A DNA stretch of 63,959 bases, filler included, from Folioceros fuciformis (taxonomy: Eukaryota), in the NCBI GenBank assembly GCA_049999805.1. It is 7 parts of 7 records of this genome, joined end to end, with 100 filler letters (N's around TTAATTAATTAA, not from the genome) between each part and the next. Parts side by side here need not be neighbours in the genome. Positions count along the whole stretch, not along the records: positions 1 to 21,585 come from JBNGIO010003116.1; positions 21,686 to 32,261 come from JBNGIO010003118.1; 5 more parts are not named here. One strand, given 5' to 3'. Positions 11,961 to 23,212 of this stretch are shown piece after piece. Every line of letters starts with the position of its first letter. Positions within the stretch are counted from its first letter, which is position 1. The notes under the pieces are model-generated. The model saw nothing but the letters and a program-made list of their open reading frames with translations, ran no database searches and was not told where the DNA came from. The translations under genes and the position numbers were made by a program.

Positions 11961-14900
11961 GAAGGAACCATTCCCAAGCCCACCGCTAATCCGGCTGCTA
12001 TTGATGCTTGGGTTTGTCAAGATCGATAGGCCATGCAGATGTTGATCTCTGGCCTCGATGAGGTTACCTTACATCACACAGATGGTGCGTCCACATCTGC
12101 TGAAGCTTGAAAGCAAATCACTAACATCTATCAATCCACTAGCGTGATGACACTAGTCACGGTACGCTTGGAATTCTATTCTTTGCGCATGGGCCCCAAT
12201 GATAGCATTGTTGAGCACGTTAGCAAGTTTCGATATTTGCGAGCCCAACTTGCTGCTCTTAGGACAACCATTACCGAATTTGAAGTTGTTGTTCAGTTAT
12301 TGGCTAGCCTCCCGGCTAGCTACCCTACATTTATCTCCTCACAAAACCAAACGGTGAGAAATGCACATCAAGCTGTGCAGTTGGGTATGGTACCCAACAT
12401 CATCATGTCCAAGATCGTTGGAGCTCTCCTTCAAGAGGAGTCTGCCAGGTTCAATGTCAGGGCTTCAAAACATGGAGGCGACCAGATCATGTTCGTCGCC
12501 AAAGGACGTCAACAACAGCGTATGCCTTCTAACAAATCTAATAATAGGAACAATTCCCATGGCTCCAAGAAGCCTTCTTCCTCTGCAGCCTCCTCGTCCA
12601 AGACTTCTAAGCAACAAGGCACGTGTAATTGGTGCCAAACGCCCGGTCATTGGGAACGAGAGTGTAGGAAGAAGCAAGTTGGTGAGGCCAAGCGTGCACC
12701 GCGTACAGCTAACATCGTTGCTGTCTCGCCCAAGGCCAAGAATCCTTCTTCACCTGGAATTGCTCTCACTGTTTGTCTTGTGGCATTTGAATACAGACAG
12801 TCATGGCTGATTGATTATGCTGCATCAACGCATATCTGTAATCACAAGACCATGTTCACCACCTACGAGGCGGCTACTGACACTTAGCGCTTCGTCCTCC
12901 TTCGAGATGACTCTGGTCTCTCTATTGTAGGGATTGGCTCCGTTGCTTTTACTCTGGATGACGGATCCCTCATGGTGCTTTCTCAAGTTTTACATGTTCC
13001 CCAAATGGCCAAGAATCTCATCTCTGTCCGACAACTTGTTCGAGACGGCTCCTTTTATCTTGAGTTTGGGTTTGGAGATTGCCTTCTATATCGGTCCTCT
13101 AAACCTCGTGTGATTGTTGCTAGAGGTCGTCCCCGTCATGACTTGTATGTCTTCTCAGGTCAGCTCGTGCTTACAACGGCTGCCTCCCTTGCGGTTTCCG
13201 TTCCTGACAACCAACCTTCGAGGAGATCCCACCCCGGTGACGCTCTCCTTTGGCATTGTCGGCTTGGACATCTTAATCCAGCCCGGCTTTTGGCCATGAC
13301 TCAGCAGGATCTGAATCGGGATAAGCTTCCAATTCTTTCCTCGACACCACCTCTTTGTGAAGCTTGTGTGCTTGCAAAATAGAGAAGTTCTCCTTATCCT
13401 ACTCTTCCTGCTAGTCAATCCACTACGCCTCTTGACCTAGTCCATGTAGACTTATGTGGTCCTCTCCCTGTTGCGTCTTTAGGCGGGGCTAACCATTTTA
13501 TGACTATCGTTGATGACTTCAGTCGATATACGTTTGTGTTTCCCTTATGTCTTAAGAGTGACTCGTTTAATGTGTTCTCACCTTTTGTTGCTATGGCCGA
13601 GTTAGGGACTAGCCGTCAACTTAAATGTATTCGATTCGACAATGCGGGGGAACTCAACAATCATCAATTTTGTGATTTCTGCGAGGCGCGTGGTGTCTTG
13701 AGGCAATTCACTGTACCTTACACCTCTGAGCAGAATGAAGTGGCCGAGAAGGCTGACAGCAATTTGATGTCCATGGCTCGTGCCATGCTGACCCAGTCTC
13801 AGCTGCCCAAGTCCTTTTGGGCTGAGGCCGTGTCTACTGCAGCATACATTAAGAATAGGGTCCTTACCAAGACGGTTTTCGGTACACCCTACGAGTGTTG
13901 GCATGGGACCAAGCCTCTAATTTCACATCTTCGTGTTTTTGGTTGCCCTGCCTATGCTCTTGTCCCTTCACAGCATCGTGACAAGCTTGACACTCGTGCT
14001 TGGAAGCTTGTCTTTGTGGGCTATGGTGATGATCGCAAAGCCTACAAGCTCGTGGACATGGCCACTCGGACTCCAATCTATGCGCGCATTGTCACTTTTG
14101 ATGAAGCCAAGCTAGTGCCTGCTCTTGGGACACCCTTGGAGCTTCCTCCTGACGTCTTTGATGGTGCTTCCTTTGGCTCAAGCAGGTCCGGTGCCACTAG
14201 TTGCTGGTCGTGTTCCACACATGCAGCCCGCTCCTTCGCCACATGTTCCTGCTCGAGAGGAGGACATGGAGATAGACTACGAGGGAGTAGCGAAGGACCT
14301 ACCTGTGGAACAAGGTGATGTTGAACATGTTGGTTTTGATCAAGTGGTGCCTCATGATATTCCTCATGCACTCCACACTCCTCCATCCCCTCCTAGGCCA
14401 ATGGCTGCTCCTAAGCGTAGATATCCTACTCATGTGCCTAGGCACCTTTGGAAGGAACAACCGTTTGACGTTGAGTTTAATCAAGCTGGTTTAACCTATG
14501 TAGATTCAATGGATGCTCTCTATGCCTTAAGTGTTGCTGCTGTAGAGGGAGATCCTTTAACCTTGCAGGAGGCTTACTCCAGACCTGAGGCAGCTAAATG
14601 GAAGTTGGCAGTCGATGATGAGTATAACTCATTGATAAAAAATAATATCTGGTCTCTGGAGAGCCTGCCCAAGGGTAGAACTACCGTCAAGTGCAAATGG
14701 GTTCTTAAGACTAAGTTCCAGGAAGTTGAGCCTAGAATTTGCTACAAAGCAAGACTAGTGGCTAAGGGGTATAGTCAGAAAGAGGGAGTTGATTATCAGG
14801 GCGATAAGGTTTTCTCACTTGTACTTAAAGCCACAGTAGTTAGGATGCTTCTAGCTTTATGTGCTGAATTAAACTTAGAGATTTATCAGCTAGATGTGTG

Positions 14901-16409
14901 CACGGCCTTTCTCTATGGTCATCTTCAGGAAGAGATCTACATGAATCAACCTGAGAATTATGAAGAAAAGACGTACCCACACAAGGTGTGTAAACTCAAT
15001 CGCTCCATCTATGGACCCAAGCAAAGCCCACGTCTGTGGTATGAGAGGATGGACACTTATCTTAAGAAAATAGGTTTTATCCAAAGTGAAACTGATACTA
15101 ACATCTATGTTCTACGCAAGGATAGTTCTCTTGTGCTAGTCGCTCTCTATATGGATGACTTGGTCATTCCAGGAAATAACGTAGAACTAGTCAACAAGAT
15201 CAAGGCAGACCTCAGCAGGGAATTCAAGATGAAAGACCTGGGAAAGGTTAAGCATATCCTTGGCATGCATGAACATAGAGATAGTACAGGTGTTATTTAC
15301 CTTCATCAGGGTAAATACGTAGCTGGTATGCTCAAACACTTCAACATGGAGAGTGCAAGGGCGTTAACCACTCCAGGTGCCTTTGGTGTCAAGCTCTCAT
15401 CTGCCTCATGTCCACAATCTGAAGAAGATAAGAAAGAGATGGAGAATACTTACCGTATGGCTGTTGGTACTCTTATGTTTTTTGAGTAATTAGACAAGGC
15501 TTGATATCTCCAACACTGTAAATGCAGTTGCTCAGTTTTCTGAAAACCTAGGAAAGGATCACTGGGTAGCTCTCAAGCGTATCATGAGGTACCTCAAGGG
15601 CACACCCAATTATAGTCTTTGCTATAAACCCAGCGGGAAGAAGCATCTTAAGCTCACTTATTATGTAGATGCAGACTGGGCCTTTAACGCTGATACTCAA
15701 AAAAGTATATTGGCTTATTGTTTTCTGGCCAACTCCTCTATGGTTAATTGGTCATGTAGAAAACAAGCAGCCATCCCCCTGTCTTCCACATAGTCTGAGT
15801 ATAAGGCACTCACCGAAGCCACTAAGGAGGCTGAGTGGGAAAGGAAGCTTTGTGAAGACTTGGGTATGAAGCAAGAAGGGCCGACAATCTTGCATTGTGA
15901 CAACATGTCAGCAATTGCTTTGGTTGCTTACCCTGTCTTCCATGTACGCACCAAGCATATAGAAATTCAACATCATTATATTCGGGATGCTGCTGAGAGA
16001 GGTATCGTCAAGGTTCAGTATATACCTACCGACGACAACACAACAGATGTCCTAACCAAGTCCTTGCCTAAGTTCAAACACTGTTTTCACAAAGAAGGGC
16101 TTGGTTTGGTGGATTGTAGTAGATACATGACATTAGACAAATCACTTATATGGTAGGACCTTTCACTACACAAATATTCCGTCACTTAGGTTGATGATAC
16201 GAAGCAGTTGGCATGCTTCTCTTCTGGTCACTGGAGTGGTGTTCTACTTTGTGAGATCCTGTAAACTATAGGCTCTATAAGAGTGAGGACTACCGACTCT
16301 AGGTAATAGCCGTTTTGAAGATGTTTAAAGCTTGGCGTCAACAGCAGTGATCTCCGTTTGTACTAAGGAGCTCTCTTCTAACAGCAACCAGTACGTGTCT
16401 GAGAGGGAG

Positions 16410-16617
16410 AGTTGGAATATAAGGCAGACCACCTGGTTCTATATTACGTTGGTTAGCCTAACTAGACCTAGTTATAAGTGTAGTTAGTTAACTGGCAGGT
16501 TAGTTAAAGGGCACACCCCTTCGTAAGCTGCTACTTAAGGCCTACCTTTGTATCCACCTATTCAAATGCTAATAGATCATTTTCGATGCATCTGCTTCCG
16601 CGTTAGCAATTCTAACT
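16410..16617 (+). repeat. 3' LTR of copia A
   Basis: Preceded by the purine tract gagagggag and followed by TSD GTCCT. Confidence 0.93.
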
Positions 16618-17329
16618 GTCCTATCTGCAATTGATGTGGCTAGCACAGAATTGACAGCCATGGGCATGCCCATTGTACGCAACCATAGCTAGGGTTTACT
16701 ATCCAAATACAAGCTTTCAGCTCGAGTACTTGGGACCAAGGATGCTTGAGGATGCAGATGCCCGCTATAGGCGCCGTGTTATTTACTCCCGTTACATGAA
16801 AAACATGGAAATTATCGGGTTCCCAAAAGCCATGCACAAGTTGGTGATGTGTCTAAGGCTATGTTATTGCGGGATGCTAGGTGTGACTAAGGCCTACGCT
16901 ACCATCATATATAGAAGGTCATTGTCTTCCATAGATTCGTACTTTGAAATGTTCATAATTTTTTATGGATTTTCCATTACAAACGTATTAATTTCTTAAG
17001 CACACTGCAATTATGGACTGTATGAAGGTTACCTTGTGTCCATACATCATTAATGTAGCCTGGTTCTTGTGCTAGTACATACTTGGGGTAATGTTAGAAT
17101 ATGTCCACCTCCTACCCCCATGTCACATGTTAGTTATATGCCTGCAACAAGCATGCAACACATGAGCAGCACATCAAGTTCAATGTTGGCCAGTGATGTA
17201 TCCGTGTAGCACTTCCAAAACAAGGGTGCAACACAAGCAATCCGCATTGTTATACTCATGTTGCAACGTTGCAACACACCTACAACTCAGCCATCCTTAG
17301 GCATATGCCATTCCAATGTGTGTTACACC

Positions 17330-18050
17330 TCTCCCCCCCGTAACACAAAAATGTATCTACAAACATAACATGACCAAGGCAATCCTAGTAGTGTACTAGC
17401 CGCCAAAACCTAAAAGATTCCATGGAGAACTTTGCCCCCTAGTAACAGCAGCTGCTAGTGTAAAAAGCTCCAAAAAAGCCACTTGAAGGATCCTCAGGAG
17501 AAAAATAATCTTGAAAATGGTCAAAAAATGTGATAAACAAATCCCCTGAAAAAAGTTGTGGTGCGAAAGAGAATGCATGACCAAAAACAACCCTATCCAA
17601 GCAAACAAGCTCCTCTACCATGTGGTCAAAAAGATTTTGTGGTATAGTGTCATGAGGTTCTAAGTGAAGGGCACGCAGTGCAACAATGGTATCCTTATTT
17701 GCCGATGCTGCCAACTCTAGGCGCAGTGCTCTAGAAACTCAAGCATATTCACCATCCTTACCTAACATGAGACATCGCTTAAGACTCACTTTAAATGGGT
17801 CATGGTAAACCTTGTCAACCTTCGCTGACTCCAAACAAGATTTTTCTACTTAGTACATCCTCCTCCCAAAGAGCTTGCCAATCTCCAAACCAGAAACAAC
17901 AAAGTCTAGAGACCACCTCCCTATGACATGAAGAACCACCCCTAGAATCCCGAGTGCACCATCTGGGGAGGAAAAGGAATAAAATTCAAGCATCCTCATT
18001 CAAAGCAAGGCGATCCAAGAGAAGACAATAAGCAAGGCAAATATCATCAT
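17330..18050 (-). mobile_element. Decayed non-LTR retrotransposon fragment, probably CRE/SLACS (R2-group), pre-RT region
   Basis: The minus strand reads GGSSCHREVVSRLCCFWFGDWQALWEE...KRCLMLGKDGEYA*VSRAL...ASANKDTIVALRALH...DHFQDYFSPEDPSSGF...AAAVTRG, resembling the segment preceding the RT of CRE-clade elements. Recognised by eye only. Confidence 0.5.
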
Positions 18051-18398
18051 GTAGGCGCCTAGAGAGACATAAGATGATGCGAGAACACAAAAAACGAGAA
18101 TGGAAAAGAGCCAACAAGTGATCAAATTGCCCTCGAAGCCACAACCAAGCCTTTGAGGACACCTAGGGGATTTGTTGGAAGATGATTGGCAGCTAGTTTG
18201 GAAGAAGAAACAAGTCGCACCTATGCCACCCAAGTGGTCCTGTTGAAGTCCTTATGCTTACGACCAATATGTCATTTCATTCCGCTTAACCCCGAAACAA
18301 AGTTGAGAACACACTAGGCAAAGGGTGTCCTTAAGAAGTAAAGGCTGGGTGTCATGCGCCATACGATAAAGGCATGTAGAAAGTCATGTAAAAAGATC

Positions 18399-18975
18399 AA
18401 AACCAAACAGTTGTACTCCTCGTTATAATTCGTAACCCTATGATGCCCTCCATATGCTCCACTCTATACCATTATGATTCGTTATGCCGCTTAACCCTAA
18501 ACCCATTTTGCTCCTAAAAAAAGATATAGGGATCATGCAAAAAAAAAAAAAATTGTGAAATACCCCCAAAAAGCCTTATCACATGGATCAATAGGCAATG
18601 AAGTTCCAAAAATGTACAAAACTAAATAATTGTACTCCTCTTTGTAATCTGTAACCTTATTATACCCTCCATATGCTCCACTCTATGCCATTATGCTCTG
18701 CGGTGCCGCTCAACCCTAACCCCATTTTGCTCCACAATGCTAATAAAACCCTAAACCCCTTTACTCCACCATGCTGCTAAGCCCCAAACCCATTCTGCTC
18801 CGTCATGTTGATAAACCCTAAACCCATTTTGCTTTGCCATGCTAATAAACCATAAACCCATTCTGCTCCACCATGCCCCTAAACTCATTATGTGGAGCAC
18901 CATGCCGCTCAACCATAAATCCCCACTACTTCATCATGCTAAACCCTAAATCTTAATTGCTTGCTCCACCATGTC
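18399..18975. repeat. ~220-bp-spaced duplication followed by degenerate ~33-bp repeats (aaccctaaacccattttgctcc core)
   Basis: ttgtactcct...ccctccatatgctccactctat...aaccctaa occurs at ~18399 and ~18618, then about 7 ccctaaacccatt(t/c)tgctcc units. Confidence 0.75.
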
Positions 18976-20679
18976 GCTATACCATTCTAATCCACTATAT
19001 CATTGCTACAACAGTCCCACCCCACCGCTACACCACTCATACTATTGATTTATACTGCTCCTACACTATACCATCACATTGCTCATACCCCTTCTATGGG
19101 TGCTCAATCATATTGCCCCTTGTTCACCCATCACTCCACGCCACTCTACTCTACAGCACTCCTGTGCCCACCGCTGAATATCGCTCTACTCTATGCCCAC
19201 ACCATTCGCTTGTTCCAGCTCACCGCTCCGCTACACTCCGCTCCACCACAACACTACACCCACACACCACATCGCTCCACCCAAACAACCTTGAACAAAC
19301 ACCAACCCAAACAACCTTTATTGCTTTTGATGCAAGACGCATAGGATTTTTTAGCTTTTTTAATAAATTTATATTTATACATTTTTTCATATTATATATA
19401 AAATATATAGTGAGTAATATTTATATATATAATATAACATATAAAATAAATTAGAAACATAGATATCATAATAAACTAGAAGGTTTTATGTTACGAGATA
19501 ATTGTATACACTACCTTACGGCATATTGAAATGCCAAATCCTCTATCAAAGAGCATCTTATCTCTTTAGAAGGGAAATGGGGACTTTATTCTGAAAAAGA
19601 GGGATTGGGCAAACCCATATACCTAAAAATAGAGGAAACAACTATTGGGAGGGTATCAAACCATCTATGTCTTTTAGCTATCATACAAACCTCAAGATTT
19701 GTTGTCTCTTGTTTTATTCTCTTAAGGCATTGGTCAATCACAATCCACACCTTAAAAATCTCTTTCTTAAAGCTTTATTGTATTTTAAGATACAATCTTT
19801 TAATAAATTCTAAAGTATTTTCAGAAATAAATGTCTAAAAAATAATAAGTGTGTATTATATTCAATTAATTGGTTTATGTAGTAAGTAAAATATAAATAA
19901 ATTTTTATAAAATAACTGATTCAAAGTTTATCATCTATTAGGAAGAAGAAATGGATAAAGTGAGCCGGCAACTTGCAGCAGAGAGGTACATCCAAGAACA
20001 AATTCAAATAGCAGCTGAAAAGGAGAGATTAGTAAGTTGTTGTTGTTAATAATATATTATAAGATTTTCCAAGTATAGCTCAAAATATTCTCATTGTAAA
20101 ATATTTTAAGTAAAAATATATGATGTGAAATAAAAATTAAAGCTAAAGTCTCAAAAATTGTAGAACTCTGAATCAAAGACCGAAAAATTGTCGAAATTCC
20201 AAATCAAAGACCCACATAATTAGCTCACTTTATTTAAAAGAGATAGGAAATCCCATCTATCGCTAAGTTTACCCCCAAGTCCAAGGAGGAACAATCCAAA
20301 GAAGACAAATAGTGAAATAAGACCAACACCCTTGAACACCTTTCTTGTAGCTACCTATCGCACCAATCATGATCAAACATGATGTAGGGCATACTTGCCA
20401 TTGGTACTACAAAGGTCACCACCAAAAAAGTTGCCATAGAAGAAGGGGAAAGAAGGGTCTCATTCTTGTACCTGTAATAGACATTTGCACACTCCTTGAT
20501 AAGCTTAGAAAGTCCTTGCCCATGACTCTATTAGTCTTCAGGGCAATGGGGATAAAAACATGGTTGTCTTACATTGAAAAGTACTTGTACATCTTGTCAG
20601 TCGTACATCCTTACAGTGCCCAACTTGAAGGGTTAATGATGATATGCCCGCATCTAAAGTAGGGCTAGGGTTGTGTCTA

Positions 20680-20975
20680 TTGCGGCATATTAAGAGCAAA
20701 ATCCTTACAACGCCAGTTTCTGGTTGTACACCTTACGAGTGTTGGTATTGGAGCAAACCTCTAATCTCACACCTTTGTGTTTTGGTTGCCTTGCCTGTGC
20801 TCTCATTCCCACTCAGCTTTGCGACAAGCTTGATGCTTGTGCTCGAAAGTTTGTGTTTGTTGGTTATGGCAATGATAGCAAGGCCTACAAGCTCGTGGAC
20901 TTGTTTACGCAGACTATTTATGCCCACACCGTCACCTTTGATGAAGCTAAGGTTGTGCCTTAAATCGATACGTTG
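20680..20975 (+). mobile_element. Copia integrase C-terminal fragment (related to copia A)
   Basis: TPYECWYWSKPLISHL / FGCLACALIP..DKLDACARKFVFVGYGNDSKAYKL..VTFDE, paralleling 13880-14110. Confidence 0.85.
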
Positions 20976-21106
20976 TTGACCTCTGCTCTTGCCATGCCCG
21001 ACGATGCTTCCTCTGGCTCGAGCACTCCTTGCTCGTCTGGTGACTTTTTTCTTGACCACCCTGTTTAGCCCTTTACCTTCCTTGCTTCTAGTGCTCCTAA
21101 CACCCC

Positions 21107-21585
21107 TGACAATATTGCTTAGAGAGAACAACAAACTTGAATAATGAATAATGTATATATGATTACAAAGTGTTGGTCTTAAATACTAAACCCTAAGTAA
21201 CATGTCTGACCCTAGTCTAGGTAACTCAGCGACCGTGGTTACTATAATAAACTATGGGGTTTAACACACCCCCTTAACCACAACGCTGGTTACACTAGGG
21301 ACGTAGACGAAGATGGGCGATGTAGAAAACGAGCTGAGTGTTGGACGATTAGGTGAATGATAAGCTTCATCCATCCAGCACCCGGCACCTCCACTTGCAA
21401 CTCAAGGCAAGTAGGAAGAATAGTCTACGAGGCCCAGTGCCTCCGTGTGGAAGACATGCTTGTTTGTTGGTAAGCTCTTTGTAAGCAAGTCGGCTGTATT
21501 GAGCTCCGTGGATATCTGTTCGAAAGGTGTGCAATCATGAACAGCTGTGGTAAGCAACCTGTTGAGAATATAGGTGGCAGTCACA
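21107..21585 (-). mobile_element. Internally deleted copia 3' end with PPT and short LTR
   Basis: The integrase peptide TATYILNRL..TPFE is fused directly to the RNase H end ISTELNTADLLTKSL..HTEALGL. PPT aagggggtg precedes TGTTAA at ~21266. The far LTR boundary is uncertain. Confidence 0.7.
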
Positions 21586-21685
21586 NNNNNNNNNNNNNNN
21601 NNNNNNNNNNNNNNNNNNNNNNNNNNNNNTTAATTAATTAANNNNNNNNNNNNNNNNNNNNNNNNNNNNNNNNNNNNNNNNNNNN
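21586..21685. other. Artificial contig spacer
   Basis: N44-TTAATTAATTAA-N44, identical at six places. Confidence 0.98.
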
Positions 21686-22499
21686 ATACAGGCGACGTTT
21701 GGAAGTCGATGTCAGGACCTTCTGAATCATCGGAAACAAAGCATCAAGACATGAACGAAGAAGATCAGACTTTCAACTTCAACAAACAAATGCCCGTCTT
21801 CAACCAAAGTCGTCGCCTACCTTGAGAGTTGAACTCCAATGTTTTCGTCGGCACCATGTCACATGAGGAAGAAGCCTGCCAATCCATACCAATGTCGCAC
21901 TGATTAACCGCAAAGGAGCTTCCTTGCAGGATGCATTCTACCGTCACTCACCGATTCATTGAATACAGGTTACGCTGGCATAATTAAGCTGCCTTTTCGA
22001 TATGAACGTTTGATCACCATAACAAATAGCTATTGTTTGTCGGGAACGGCGCCTATAATCGTTGTTCTGGCATAAATGCTGAGGACGTTGTTCAAACACT
22101 TCTCCTATTTCAGGCAACACAAATTCAACTTCACAGTTGACTTCAAATCTGTTTGTTGAATGCTTAAGCCATTCCTCAGTGCTTCTGCATCAGCCCAGGT
22201 GTTTTGAAGTTTTCTCATTCCCTTCCTCTCATGCGTAGTCGAAGATGGCAGCTGGCCGGCGTAGCAACAAGTAACTGAGTGCGGCCATTGATATGGAAGT
22301 ATTGGAGGCACCATCAAGGTTGAAGAAACCATGACAGGGGGGCGAAAGCTTTAGCTTGCGTTGCATTTGGCCCCATCGTTGAAAAAGAAAACCAGCGGCA
22401 ACCAGCAATCACAGTAGGCGATGTTACACCACAGCCACCAGCTCTAATATTGAGGAAAGACAATTCACGAGGGAGCGTCCGTGCCCCGAACAGCAAAGC

Positions 22500-22993
22500 T
22501 AGTGAGGTTCATATTAACCATGTGCCTGTGAATGTGACTCAGGGTGGCAGCACTGGTGGCAGTCAGAACCACAAAATTCCAAATGCATACAACTTTGTTG
22601 AGCGTTTGAAGCTAAAAAAAACTTGAAGACACGCTTGCCAAAAGGTTCAACACAGACAAAGAGTGGTTTTTAGTCATCGAAGAGGAGCCAGAAGACTACA
22701 ATTTGCCCTGGTTGCCGCTTGTGGCTCTGTGGATTAACGGTTTCCAAGGCTTGCAAGATGATGAGGCAGGGAGGCCTGGGTGGATTCTCTATGCATCCGT
22801 TGACGGCGTGGAAGACGAAACACATGTCAATTTCATCTGCACGCGGCACCCACCAAGCCATATTACCGATGACTACGATAGCTACAACCTGATTGTGGTC
22901 AATGTTGCGAAAGCTGTGCCACGATACTGTGAACCGACGTGGCTAAAAACGGCTTTGAAAGATTGTCTGAATGTGCAAGATGTTAGTATATGA
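22500..22993 (+). pseudogene. Unidentified ORF remnant upstream of the ParB-MTase gene
   Basis: ...AYNFVERLKL / LEDTLAKRFNTDKEWFLVIEEEPEDYNLPWLPLVALW...CLNVQDVSI*, with a frameshift in an A-run at ~22615. Confidence 0.35.
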
Positions 22994-23212
22994 TTAGCTG
23001 AATGATTTATTTAAGTTTATTAACCCAGCAAACCCTAAACCCTAATTACTTGCATCCTGTGGGTCGAACAAGAAGGCGAACAATTCTGTCGAACTGTCTT
23101 GCGCTTTGTTGCCGATTGCGTCCTGAAGAATCGAGCCCTTGCATCCAGGATCACCGGAGAGCGCCAACGGATTTCCACCCATGCAGATTTCGGCGGCAAC
23201 GCTGGAAGGCAG

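Larger units (their letters stand above)
6040..16156 (+). pseudogene. Copia A gag-pol, split by copia B (6040-6149 joined to 11961-16156)
   Basis: KDRFNDTKFEVWSKRMKAALNIRDLLPIVEG resumes as (EG)TIPKP at 11961. Motifs seen: CNWCQTPGHWEREC knuckle, WLIDYAASTH protease, LWHCRLGH/VDDFSRY integrase, YKARLVAKGYSQ/LYMDD RT, and DADWA/TKHIEIQHHYIR RNase H. Multiple stops and frameshifts. Confidence 0.93.
3961..16617 (+). mobile_element. Ty1/copia LTR retrotransposon A (full-length, decayed, interrupted by copia B)
   Basis: LTRs at 3961-4163 and 16410-16617. TSD GTCCT at 3956-3960 and 16618-16622. PBS at 4164-4175, PPT at ~16401-16409. Domain order is gag-PR-IN-RT-RH. Confidence 0.95.

Noticed and set aside
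18490-18960. Interstitial telomere array
   Set aside because: AACCCTA occurs once per ~33-bp unit, not as tandem (CCCTAAA)n.
18957-19454. 165-aa His/Thr/Pro-rich ORF
   Set aside because: It derives from low-complexity C/A-rich and AT-rich DNA, has a non-ATG start and shows no domain.
21630-21641. TTAATTAATTAA as a biological motif, and adjacency across gaps
   Set aside because: It is centred in identical 100-nt N spacers six times, so it is an assembly linker with stops in all frames. Neighbouring contigs cannot be assumed adjacent, and ORFs running into Ns are artefacts.
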